Shown here: piece after piece, positions 25,579-34,301 of the stretch
How positions within the stretch are numbered: position 1 is the stretch's first letter
Layout of the letters: the number at the start of each line of letters is the position of its first letter
Source: Parcubacteria bacterium C7867-007
Lineage (GTDB): Bacteria > Patescibacteriota > Minisyncoccia > Phycocordibacterales > Phycocordibacteraceae
Direction of reading: 5' to 3'
DNA: 64,000 nt
Assembly (NCBI GenBank): GCA_001189195.1
Contig: LFCQ01000002.1
Coordinates: 68,997-132,996 of the forward strand
The notes under the pieces: generated by a model
The model's input: the letters and a program-made list of their open reading frames with translations, nothing else
Database searches by the model: none
What the model was told of the DNA's origin: nothing
Translations under genes and position numbers: made by a program

Positions 25579-26253
25579 ATGGAGCGATATAAGCCGAGGG
25601 CAAGAAAAAAGGAAATAGCATGGTCTCCAGAAATGGCCTATGCAGTAGGACTTATGGCTTCTGATGGGTGTCTTTCGTCAAATCTGAGGCATCTTACACT
25701 TACATCTATAGACAAAGAATAGCTTGAGCATTTAAAGGACTGTTTGGAACTCTCGGCACCAATACAGAGATACAAATTAGGCAATGCCGATGGAATAGCA
25801 GATGGCTATAGAGTGCAATGGAGTGATGTAACCCTATATGACTTCTTTTTGGAGATTGGACTAACGTCTAAAAAATCCCTAACGATAGGAGCCCTCTATA
25901 TCCCGGATGAATATTTTTTCGAATTTTTGAGAGGATCATTTGACGGTGATGGATGTTTCTATAGTTACTTTGATCCGCGCTGGAAAAGTAGTTTCATGTT
26001 TTACATGATGTTTAGTTCTGGTAGTGAAGCACATATTAATTGGCTGCAAGAAACCATTAATAGATTGATTGGTTTAAAAGGCCACGTTACTCATGGGAAG
26101 AAAGGGAATGGAATTCATAACCTCAAGTATGCAAAGAAAGAATCACTTATACTTTTGTATCATCTGTATAAAAACAAGGAGGTTCCGCATCTTTCTCGCA
26201 AGAAGTTGAAAATAAACGATGCTTTACGTATAGTGGGGGAATCGATCAAATGA
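25579..26253 (+). mobile_element. Free-standing double-motif LAGLIDADG homing-endonuclease gene interrupted by an in-frame TAG (25720-25722); possible pseudogene
   Basis: Motif 1 AYAVGLMASDGCLSS sits upstream of the stop; motif 2 FLRGSFDGDGCFYS sits in the 169-aa downstream ORF at 25744..26253 in the same frame; the gene ends 12 nt before tRNA-Leu. Confidence 0.7.
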
Positions 26254-26265
26254 TCGATGTTAGAG

Positions 26266-26351
26266 GCCCGGGTGTTGAAATTGGTTATACAAGCTACCTT
26301 GAGGTGGTAGTGCCGCAAGGCGTGGAGGTTCGAGTCCTCTCCCGGGCACCA
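26266..26351 (+). tRNA. tRNA-Leu (anticodon GAG), long variable arm, CCA encoded
   Basis: Manual fold: acceptor GCCCGGG/CCCGGGC, anticodon stem CTACC/GGTAG with loop TTGAGGT, extra arm GCCGCAAGGCGT, T-arm GGAGG-TTCGAGT-CCTCT; terminator follows. Confidence 0.85.
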
Positions 26352-26405
26352 GAAACAAAACACCCCGCTTAGGCGGGGTGTTTTGTTTTCAGTTATACTT
26401 TCTCC

Positions 26406-26981
26406 ATGTCTGGTTTATATACAGGGAAAGGTGATGGTGGCACCACAAAGACCTTTGGCTGTGATCAGCAGCGTATATCTAAAGCAACTGAGTTGCCAGA
26501 AGCACTCGGAACACTAGATGAACTAAACTCATTCCTAGGGTTAGCAAAGATTCGCGCAAAAAAGGCACAAGACTCAAGCCTCAGTATTGGAAAGAAACAC
26601 TACGCAATATCTGCAATCCTTCGTGACGTACAGGAAACACTTTTCATTGTGCAGGCAGAAGTAGCTGGCGCACCAAAGAAAGTGGGGAAACTGAAGGTTA
26701 CATATGTAGAGAAACTCATTGCTGCAGTGGAAGAAGAGATTCCTCCGGTGGTTTCCTTCTCCATTGCAGGAGGCACAGAAGTGTCTGCACTTCTTGATGT
26801 GGCGCGTACACTGGCACGGCGTGCAGAACGTCGTGTTATTGCAGTACATGAGCTTGAACTACGAAACGTTTCTCCGCATACGCGCGCCTACCTTAACCGT
26901 CTTTCATCGCTTCTGTTCGCGCTCGCACGTCTGGCAAATCACAAATCAGGCGTCGTAGAAGAAAATCCAACATATCGATAA
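26406..26981 (+). CDS. PduO-type ATP:cob(I)alamin adenosyltransferase family protein
   Basis: N-terminal TGKGDGGTT motif and the helical-bundle family pattern. Confidence 0.7.
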   Translation: MSGLYTGKGDGGTTKTFGCDQQRISKATELPEALGTLDELNSFLGLAKIRAKKAQDSSLSIGKKHYAISAILRDVQETLFIVQAEVAGAPKKVGKLKVTYVEKLIAAVEEEIPPVVSFSIAGGTEVSALLDVARTLARRAERRVIAVHELELRNVSPHTRAYLNRLSSLLFALARLANHKSGVVEENPTYR

Positions 26982-27052
26982 TCCGTCTCCCGTGGTATAA
27001 GAGTTCAGTGCGCTACATGGCGGCTATGGTGTAACGGTTAACACTACAGGTT

Positions 27053-27361
27053 GTGGCTCTGTGTAACATCACCAACTCACTTGTTACCAACATCATCACG
27101 CCGCCGCTTGGCTTGCTGCTCGGAAAGATAGACTTTAAGGATCTCGCCCTTAACCTAGGAGGTTCTGTTGAAATCACGTATGGTGTTTTCTTGCAGTCCG
27201 TTCTCGATTTCGTCATCATTGCTTTGGTACTCTTCATCATCATTCGCTTCATGAACCGTCTTGCACCTAAGAAAGCAGAAGATATGCCAGAGGCAAGTAA
27301 GTCTCCTGAGCTGCAAGTACTTGAGCAGATTCGTGATGCGATTGGTCATCCAAAACTTTAA
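27053..27361 (+). CDS. mscL: Large-conductance mechanosensitive channel MscL lacking the N-terminal S1 helix and half of TM1 (GTG start); truncated or pseudogene
   Basis: NIITPPLGLLLGKIDFKDLALNL ... YGVFLQSVLDFVIIALVLFIIIRFMNRL aligns to MscL from about residue 28 (E. coli numbering) onward; only 70 nt separate it from the preceding gene and stops block all three upstream frames. Confidence 0.6.
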   Translation: MALCNITNSLVTNIITPPLGLLLGKIDFKDLALNLGGSVEITYGVFLQSVLDFVIIALVLFIIIRFMNRLAPKKAEDMPEASKSPELQVLEQIRDAIGHPKL

Positions 27362-27364
27362 TCT

Positions 27365-28036
27365 ATGAAAGGTGTACTCGTTGGTGTTCTCCTTGTGATG
27401 CTAATAGGCATCGGTGCATTTGTGTACCGCAGCGCTATCGAACGTCCTCGGGTACAGAATCCTCTGAGCAAGGCATGCACTCTTGAGGCGCGTATCTGTC
27501 CAGATGGATCGGCGGTTGGGCGCAGTGGTCCAAATTGTGAGTTTGCTGCATGTGCATTTCCAAATGCAGAAGATGCCGCAATCGGTATTTCATTTGTGGT
27601 ACCAAACGGATTCGTGGCAAATCCAGATGCTATTGGTACTGATCCGTCACTACGGGCAGTATTCGATAGCACAAACCTCAAGTCCGGTATTCCAGACTCC
27701 TTAGTTATTCGCAGGTTTAGTATTCCAGCAGGAAAGACTGCCGAGCAAGTGATACTCGAAAACACTATGTATGAGTCTTCCGGTATTCAACCAAGCTCTA
27801 TGAAAGAGTTTGAACCGATACTCATCAACGGGAACACCTTTCAGACGATTAGTGTAGAGCGCTTTGAGGCACTGGTACACACCGAGTATTACCTTGTTCG
27901 CACCAATGATGTACTTCGGTTTGAAGTGATCGAACGTGATGTGACGAATTGGACTGACCCAACTCTAAAGGTGATGGACCTTCCTTCACACAAAGCACTT
28001 CAAACACTTCTCTCCACACTTCAAAGCACTAAATAG
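27365..28036 (+). CDS. Hypothetical exported / membrane-anchored protein (223 aa)
   Basis: N-terminal TM LVGVLLVMLIGIGAFVY followed by a Cys pair; no family recognised. Confidence 0.5.
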   Translation: MKGVLVGVLLVMLIGIGAFVYRSAIERPRVQNPLSKACTLEARICPDGSAVGRSGPNCEFAACAFPNAEDAAIGISFVVPNGFVANPDAIGTDPSLRAVFDSTNLKSGIPDSLVIRRFSIPAGKTAEQVILENTMYESSGIQPSSMKEFEPILINGNTFQTISVERFEALVHTEYYLVRTNDVLRFEVIERDVTNWTDPTLKVMDLPSHKALQTLLSTLQSTK

Positions 28037-28066
28037 AAAAGCCCCGGTATCTGCCGGGGCTTTTCT
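28037..28066. terminator. Bidirectional intrinsic terminator between convergent genes
   Basis: AAAAGCCCCGGTATCTGCCGGGGCTTTTCTT. Confidence 0.7.
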
Positions 28067-28809
28067 TATCCTGCAATCTGTATCACCACGAACATAACGA
28101 GTGCGCCTAGCAACGTCATAACGGTGGTGAGTATACGGGGGTGAGAATGATGGCTCTCCGGTAGAAGGTCTGATGCACCGATGTACAAGAAGAATCCAGC
28201 AAACGTTGCAAGGATCATTGCAAGCGCTCCTTCTGGGACGGTGATGAAGAGGGTAACAAATGCACCAAGTAGGGGAGCGGCTGCATCTGCAAGAAGCCAA
28301 CGGAATGCTTCTTTGCGTGAACCGCCATTCTTAAGAATGAGATTCACGGTATTAATACCGTCAGAGAAGTCATGTGTGAGAACAGCTGCCGCAACGATCG
28401 CCCCCACGGCAGGTGATGCTTGGAAAGCAAGACCGATTGCAAAACCATCAAGGAAGCTGTGGCTTGAAAGACTTCCTGCACCAATAACCCCACGCTTTGT
28501 GCTGTGGTGCGCATGCACACTACCATCGTCACCATCACTGTGTGCGTGGAGTAGGATCACGCGATCCAGCACCATGTACGCAAAGAAGCCCAGTGCGGTA
28601 AAGAGAATGATCGTTCCTGGTTCAAAGAAACCCATACCAAGTTCAATTGACTCAGGAATGAGGTCAAAGAATGCCAGCGCAATAACCGCTCCGGCTGAGA
28701 AGCCAAGGATAAGGTGCAGCTTGTCTTTTAATTTAAGAGCCAGCATACCCCCGATAAAGGTGGCAATTGAGGCCGCTAGAGCAACGAGAAGAATTGGTAT
28801 TGATTCCAT
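28066..28809 (-). CDS. zupT: ZIP-family zinc transporter (ZupT-like)
   Basis: HSFLDGFAIG and HDFSDGINT metal-binding motifs, a His-rich loop (HAHSDGDDGSVHAHH), eight TM segments. Confidence 0.8.
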   Translation of the reverse strand: MESIPILLVALAASIATFIGGMLALKLKDKLHLILGFSAGAVIALAFFDLIPESIELGMGFFEPGTIILFTALGFFAYMVLDRVILLHAHSDGDDGSVHAHHSTKRGVIGAGSLSSHSFLDGFAIGLAFQASPAVGAIVAAAVLTHDFSDGINTVNLILKNGGSRKEAFRWLLADAAAPLLGAFVTLFITVPEGALAMILATFAGFFLYIGASDLLPESHHSHPRILTTVMTLLGALVMFVVIQIAG

Positions 28810-28890
28810 GCGGTAAGTATATAACTTCCCATACGACTACGCCTATAAGTGCTACCATTAACCTAATCAGTAGTAAGTAACATAAATTGT

Positions 28891-29703
28891 ATGCCTGAAT
28901 CATTGTCAGAAACCATCGTGCGCGCATCTCGTCCTGTCCGCTATGCGGCAGCTGTCGCACTTGCAGTTCTTGCTCTATTCCTCCTTGTTAAGACGTTTGA
29001 TGCAATTGCTCAGTTTGGTACTGGTCCGAACCGTCCTATTAACAGCATCACCGTAACGGGTGAAGGAAAGAGCACATCGGTACCCAACATTGCATTAGTA
29101 ACTTTCACGGTGCAGGAAACCGCAGTAAGTGTTAAAGAGGCACAGGATGCTGCAACCAAGCGCACCAACGATTCACTCGCTGCAATGAAGGATATGGATA
29201 TTGCCGAGAAGGATATTAAAACTCTTGGATACAACGTATATCCTCAGTACGAGAATCGTGCGATCGCACCCTGTTATCCAGGCGGTGAATGTCCAACACA
29301 GTCTAATAAGATAAGCGGATACCAAGTATCTCAGACAGTTGAGGTAAAGATCCGCGATACTGCAAAGGCGGGTGATGTACTTCAGAAACTTGGCACTCTT
29401 GGTGTACAGAACATCTCTGGTCCAAACTTCATGCTTGATGACGACAGCACTGTTCGCGATGAAGCGCGTGAGGCAGCTATCGAGGATGCTCGTGCTAAGG
29501 CCGAGGTTCTTGCAAAACAGCTCCATGTTCGCCTTGGAAATGTTATGAGTTTCTCTGAGGGGGGTGGGTACTACCCAATGTATAGCGGATACGCTAAGGG
29601 TGGTGTAGCAATGGACGCAGCAAATGTTGCCCCTGCACCATCACTTCCAGTAGGAGAGAACGAGACCAACGTAACAGTTCAGATCACCTACGAGATTCGC
29701 TAA
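28891..29703 (+). CDS. SIMPL-domain (DUF541, BP26/YggE-like) periplasmic protein
   Basis: TM anchor followed by the characteristic SITVTGEGKSTSVPNIALVTFTVQ ... NETNVTVQITYEI pattern. Confidence 0.65.
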   Translation: MPESLSETIVRASRPVRYAAAVALAVLALFLLVKTFDAIAQFGTGPNRPINSITVTGEGKSTSVPNIALVTFTVQETAVSVKEAQDAATKRTNDSLAAMKDMDIAEKDIKTLGYNVYPQYENRAIAPCYPGGECPTQSNKISGYQVSQTVEVKIRDTAKAGDVLQKLGTLGVQNISGPNFMLDDDSTVRDEAREAAIEDARAKAEVLAKQLHVRLGNVMSFSEGGGYYPMYSGYAKGGVAMDAANVAPAPSLPVGENETNVTVQITYEIR

Positions 29704-29827
29704 GAGGCTGATTTTGGAGTCAAAGCCGCCCAGTTTAGCTGGGCGGCTTTGTTCATTTGACACCCTAAAACCCTGTAGTAATATAGGAATATATAAGAGC
29801 CCCCGGGGCTTTTTTATTTAGACCACC

Positions 29828-29947
29828 ATGAATTCATTCATCAGCTATCTCGTGCTCATTGTTCTGATTTCTATATTCACTGCAGTGTTTATTGCAGGAC
29901 TCGACTACGTCTTTACGCAAGGCGTAAGTCAGCTCATCGTTCGCTAA
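29828..29947 (+). CDS. secE: Preprotein translocase subunit SecE (39 aa, single TM)
   Basis: MNSFISYLVLIVLISIFTAVFIAGLDYVFTQGVSQLIVR sits immediately upstream of nusG, the conserved secE-nusG-rplK order. Confidence 0.6.
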   Translation: MNSFISYLVLIVLISIFTAVFIAGLDYVFTQGVSQLIVR

Positions 29948-29971
29948 CTTTAGCAACGTTACTTTTTCTCT

Positions 29972-30541
29972 ATGGAAACACGCACCGCACCTTCGTTCTC
30001 TGACGACGCTATCAGCACTGAGCCTCGTTGGTACACCATTCACACCTACGCAGGGTATGAGAACGCTGTTGAGCGTAACCTCAAGCAGCGTATCGAGTCT
30101 CTCGGTATGGAGCACAAGATCTTCGAGGTAGTGGTCCCTACTGAAAAGAAGATCCGCATCAAGGGAGGAAAGCGTATTCTCGAAGAAGAGAAGATATACC
30201 CGGGATACATCCTGGTTCGCATGATCGTAGATGAGGATTCATGGTTCGTGGTACGTAACACTCCTCGTGTTACAGGTTTCGTTGGTTCAGGTACCACCCC
30301 GGTTCCCATGGAAGAGTCTGAAGTGGTAACGCTTATGAAGCGCATGGATCAGGAAGCACCGAAGCATCGTATCGACCTGCAGAAGGACGATCCTGTAGTT
30401 ATTAATGATGGTCCGTTTAAGGACCTAGAAGGCAAGGTAGGGGAGATCGATGAGGAACGCGGCAAGGTTAAGGTCATGGTGGCCATGTTCGGACGCGAGA
30501 CTCCGGTTGAACTCGACTTTTTGCAGATTCGCAAACTTTAA
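29972..30541 (+). CDS. nusG: Transcription termination/antitermination factor NusG
   Basis: NGN domain (WYTIHTYAGYENAVERNL) and KOW domain (VINDGPFKDLEGKVGEID). Confidence 0.9.
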   Translation: METRTAPSFSDDAISTEPRWYTIHTYAGYENAVERNLKQRIESLGMEHKIFEVVVPTEKKIRIKGGKRILEEEKIYPGYILVRMIVDEDSWFVVRNTPRVTGFVGSGTTPVPMEESEVVTLMKRMDQEAPKHRIDLQKDDPVVINDGPFKDLEGKVGEIDEERGKVKVMVAMFGRETPVELDFLQIRKL

Positions 30542-30565
30542 GGTACAGTCGCTACACAAACACAT

Positions 30566-30985
30566 ATGGCTAAAGTAGTTAAGAAAATCAAGCTTCAGAT
30601 TCCCGGCGGTAAGGCGACCCCTGCACCTCCGGTTGGTACCGTGCTCGGCCCTGCCGGCGTTAACATTGGTGACTTCGTCAACAAGTTCAACGAGCAGACC
30701 AAGGACAAGCCAGGCGTTATTATCCCGGTTGATATGACCGTGTATGACGACCGTACCTTCACCTTCGTTCTGAAGGTATCTCCAATGCCTCGCCTTATCC
30801 TTAAGGCACTCGGTATTGAGAAGGGTTCTGGAAAGGCTCCCTCCAAGAAGGCAGGCACTCTCACTCGTGCTCAAGTCCGTGAGATCGCTGAGACTAAGAT
30901 GCCAGACCTCAATGCAGGTAGCATGGAGGCAGCAGAGCGCATGGTGGAAGGCACCGCACGTTCAATGGGAGTTGAGGTTAAGTAA
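30566..30985 (+). CDS. rplK: 50S ribosomal protein L11
   Basis: [38 protein letters not shown]. Confidence 0.92.
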   Translation: MAKVVKKIKLQIPGGKATPAPPVGTVLGPAGVNIGDFVNKFNEQTKDKPGVIIPVDMTVYDDRTFTFVLKVSPMPRLILKALGIEKGSGKAPSKKAGTLTRAQVREIAETKMPDLNAGSMEAAERMVEGTARSMGVEVK

Positions 30986-31058
30986 TCTCAAGTAAAGGTA
31001 GTAAAAGCGCTCCACACGGAGCGCTTTTACATTTCCTAATTATCTATACACTGCAATT

Positions 31059-31778
31059 ATGTCTGAGCACGCTCCAAAGCCCCATCGTCGTGAACTTAAT
31101 ACCGCGACTCTAGAAGGGAATGTAAAAATACCTCAAATAGGAATGGGCATCATGCTCTATGGTGCTGAACACTGTCTTTCGGAGGAAGATCCACACGCAG
31201 CAATCCAGAAACTTGTTGCACCCATACCTGATGACGAAGCGCTCCGAGTGCGAACAGCAAAAGCGAATGCCCAACATGTCCAGGCAGGTATAGGTACTAT
31301 TTTAACTACAGATAAAATCCGCCAACTACAAGCACGGGGCAATCATGGAACCCTACAGCTTATCGGGCGTGCAGCTGGTATAACCGTCGGCCCCAAAACT
31401 CTGTACTATTTTGATGAAGAGGGAAATTGGTCAGATCCGGAAATGCAGGCAGATGCACAGCGGGTCATAGATGAGTTAACGCCAGAGAAGACCGAATTCT
31501 TAAAGAATGCACTGCACCTGCTACGAAGCACCCTTGAAAGTCCAGAGGTGAAGCAGATGATCAAAGAAAGAAAAGAAGCACTATCAAACTGGGAACATAA
31601 AAATGAGGCTGAAAAAGCAAGAGGAAATGCAATTGCTGCCGCGAAGACAAGGGAGATCGCACAAGCACTCGAAGACACGCTCTTCGAGACGTATGATCCC
31701 TCAGAACACTCACGAGAAGAGATGTTGCTCACTCATAAACTACGACTTGCCATCAATGACATGGTTAATATCTATTAG
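31059..31778 (+). CDS. Hypothetical protein (239 aa), translationally coupled to the ATP-grasp gene
   Basis: ORF; its stop lies 2 nt before the next start; occupies the position where rplA is normally found. Confidence 0.5.
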   Translation: MSEHAPKPHRRELNTATLEGNVKIPQIGMGIMLYGAEHCLSEEDPHAAIQKLVAPIPDDEALRVRTAKANAQHVQAGIGTILTTDKIRQLQARGNHGTLQLIGRAAGITVGPKTLYYFDEEGNWSDPEMQADAQRVIDELTPEKTEFLKNALHLLRSTLESPEVKQMIKERKEALSNWEHKNEAEKARGNAIAAAKTREIAQALEDTLFETYDPSEHSREEMLLTHKLRLAINDMVNIY

Positions 31779-31780
31779 GT

Positions 31781-32620
31781 ATGAGTACTGCAGGCGGCTA
31801 TGTAAACACACGATGCGTGCGTAAAGCGTGTGATCGTCTCAAGATCCCATATACCGTTCACGACGAGTATGGAAACTTTGTCTCTGTACAAAAGCAGAAG
31901 TATTTCTTTGTGAACGCATCGATGCCGTTTAACTCCAGTTCATTGAATAAGATTTGTTCTGATAAAGACTTCGCCTCACGTCTTCTAAAGGATGTGGTAC
32001 GTATGCCAAAGACACTGGGATACTTTGATCCATATCCAAAATATGAGAAGTATACAGACTACATTGAACAAACCAACTACGAAGCAATCACTGATTCTAT
32101 TTGTTCAGAGTTTTCATTCCCGCTCATCATTAAGATGAATAGCGGACAGCAGGGAACCAATGTATTTAAGTGTGCGACCAAGGAAGATGTATCTATGGCT
32201 CTAGCTGCTATATTTGATCACAACTCTCCACATTATGATTTCGTAGCTCTGGTGCAGGAATATATTCAACCGAAGGCAGAATACCGAGTGATTGTGTTTA
32301 GGGGAGAGGTGCTTTTGGCATATGAAAAGAACATCACTGACGCAACATTCGTTGGAAACCTAAGTCCACTGCATTATGAGAATGCAAAAGCCATTCAAAT
32401 ACTCGATCTGGATCTCCTCAAACGTTTTCAAGAGTGCATCACCCCAATCTTTCCAATACTAAATCTCGAATTCACGGGTATCGATATCATTCAAGACGAA
32501 GATGATAAGTTTTATGTGATTGAGCTTAACTCACGACCCGGTTTCACCTTGTTTGAGAAGGATAACGGGGACGAACCATTGGTGCAGATGTACGAGAAGA
32601 TTCTTAGTTCACTAGAGTGA
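31781..32620 (+). CDS. ATP-grasp fold ligase (RimK-like)
   Basis: PLIIKMNSGQQGTNVF, EYRVIVFRGEVLLAYEK, FTGIDIIQDEDDKFYVIELNSRPG are ATP-grasp signature blocks. Confidence 0.6.
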   Translation: MSTAGGYVNTRCVRKACDRLKIPYTVHDEYGNFVSVQKQKYFFVNASMPFNSSSLNKICSDKDFASRLLKDVVRMPKTLGYFDPYPKYEKYTDYIEQTNYEAITDSICSEFSFPLIIKMNSGQQGTNVFKCATKEDVSMALAAIFDHNSPHYDFVALVQEYIQPKAEYRVIVFRGEVLLAYEKNITDATFVGNLSPLHYENAKAIQILDLDLLKRFQECITPIFPILNLEFTGIDIIQDEDDKFYVIELNSRPGFTLFEKDNGDEPLVQMYEKILSSLE

Positions 32621-33115
32621 GACTAGATCAAAGTCTGAACTGCGTGAGTGTGTCTCATGCCACGTAACGGTATTTGTTGATCGATTCACCACACCAATAC
32701 GATCAACTGGCTGGTCCCATGCTTTTCGTTCAAGTGCCTCAGTACTGAACTGATCTTCAAAACAGATACACACCCGCATCCATGCAGCTGGAACCACGGA
32801 CAGGAATTGATCATACCAACCACCACCGCGCCCAGTACGTGTGCCAGCAGCATCTACTTTTGTGCAGGGCATAAGTACACAAACGAACGCACCCTTTGCA
32901 GCATGCTTTGCTTTTTCAGCTTCCTCCCACGGATCAATATCCAAGCGTGGTGGGATAGGGTAGTGGTCTTCTGGAACTTCAATAAAATGAGTGTAATCAG
33001 CTTCGCCTTCAAGTGCGGTGTACGTCACGTAGAATGGCTTACCATCAACTGTTTCTTCTTCGTAGGACATACCAAAAGTATACCCCCGCTTTCCCTCTGT
33101 TCTGGAATATGGCAC
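32612..33115 (-). CDS. 5-formyltetrahydrofolate cyclo-ligase (MTHFS) family protein
   Basis: GTRTGRGGGWYDQFL and WDQPVDRIGVV match the MTHFS motifs. Confidence 0.6.
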   Translation of the reverse strand: MPYSRTEGKRGYTFGMSYEEETVDGKPFYVTYTALEGEADYTHFIEVPEDHYPIPPRLDIDPWEEAEKAKHAAKGAFVCVLMPCTKVDAAGTRTGRGGGWYDQFLSVVPAAWMRVCICFEDQFSTEALERKAWDQPVDRIGVVNRSTNTVTWHETHSRSSDFDLVSL

Positions 33116-33153
33116 TGTGGCGTAAGATCAACTCAATTTCACGGAGAGAATCC

Positions 33154-34224
33154 ATGGGCGTACTGCCTATCCAACGTCTACGAGAACTGCAAGGGGAGTA
33201 CATCACCGATGTTGGTGAAAGCTTCCTCAACCCTGCGTCAATCGACATGCCATTGTCGAACGAAGCGTTCCGGTTGGAGAGTGTTTTCTTCCCGGAAGAA
33301 AACCTAATGATCCGAGACATGTTCGAAATAGTTGGTGCGCGGCCACATGATCTCGTGAACCCTCTTGAAGTTGGTGTTGCGTACCTTATTCGTGTCGACG
33401 GCAGTTGGTCGTTACCAGAGAGTGCATACGGCTATGCGAACCCAAAGTCATCAAGTGGCCGTGTGAACTTATTCTGTCGACTCATGGCAGATGGCGTCGA
33501 TATGTATGACTTCCTCCCGAAGGGGTGGAAAGGGGAGTGCTGGATGTTTGTGCGCCCAGACAGTTTCCCGATCATTCTGCATCCCGGACTGGCAGTTGCT
33601 CAGCTGCGCGTCTTCGACTCAAAAGAATTCTTGAGTGAGACAGACATGGAGGTTGCTGTCAGAAACCGTGGGCTCCTCTTCGATGGAGCTCAGCAGAAGA
33701 TTCCATTTCGTGAGCTTCACCTGCATGGTGATTCGCTCTACCTAACCCTCGCAGTCGGAGAGAACTTCGGCTACGAGTGTCGGGGGTTGTACAAGCCACT
33801 GGATTTTGGTGCGATTGGTGCACACGATCCCGCAGACTATTTCGTTCCCATCGGAGCTCCGTTGGGTCGGTACACCCTCCGCAAGGGCAACTTCTATATT
33901 CTCTCAACCTTTGAGCGGGTAATGGTTGCACCGGGACATTCTGCTGAGCTCCGGCCAGTCGATCCTCGGCTGGGCGAATTCCGTTCGCATGCTGCCGGGT
34001 ATATCGATCCTGGTTGGGGGTTTGGTGCGAATGGTGAGGTATGTGGGAGACCGATCACTCTCGAAGTGATTCCGCATGAAGACTTCTCCGTTCGTAACGG
34101 TCAACCAATTGGGCGCCTTCGGTACGAGCGCATGAGCTCGGAACCGGATACGAACTACGATGCATCACCTTCCAACTATCTCGTGCAAGAGGGACCTCGG
34201 CTCTCAAAGCATTTCAAAACCTGA
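33154..34224 (+). CDS. dcd: 2'-deoxycytidine 5'-triphosphate deaminase family protein (long dCTP-deaminase / dUTPase fold)
   Basis: dUTPase-fold motif AAGYIDPGWGFG; roughly 355-aa long-form architecture; start set at MGVLPIQRL. Confidence 0.5.
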   Translation: MGVLPIQRLRELQGEYITDVGESFLNPASIDMPLSNEAFRLESVFFPEENLMIRDMFEIVGARPHDLVNPLEVGVAYLIRVDGSWSLPESAYGYANPKSSSGRVNLFCRLMADGVDMYDFLPKGWKGECWMFVRPDSFPIILHPGLAVAQLRVFDSKEFLSETDMEVAVRNRGLLFDGAQQKIPFRELHLHGDSLYLTLAVGENFGYECRGLYKPLDFGAIGAHDPADYFVPIGAPLGRYTLRKGNFYILSTFERVMVAPGHSAELRPVDPRLGEFRSHAAGYIDPGWGFGANGEVCGRPITLEVIPHEDFSVRNGQPIGRLRYERMSSEPDTNYDASPSNYLVQEGPRLSKHFKT

Positions 34225-34239
34225 GGATCAGACTCAAAA

Positions 34240-34290
34240 AGAAAAGAAACGGGCCGCGCGATGAATCGCGCGGCCCAATTTGTTTGTGTT
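34240..34290. terminator. Bidirectional terminator between convergent dcd and thyX
   Basis: AAACGGGCCGCGCGATGAATCGCGCGGCCCAATTTGTTTG. Confidence 0.65.
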
Positions 34291-34301
34291 GCAGAAAACA
34301 G

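Noticed and set aside
27019-27105. tRNA-like sequence with a His-type GTG anticodon (GGCGGCTATGGTGTAACGGTTAACAC...)
   Set aside because: It has a plausible acceptor, D and anticodon arm but no T-arm (GTAAC...GTTAC hairpin instead of GGTTCGAAT). It overlaps the well-supported mscL reading frame, so it is treated as coincidence.
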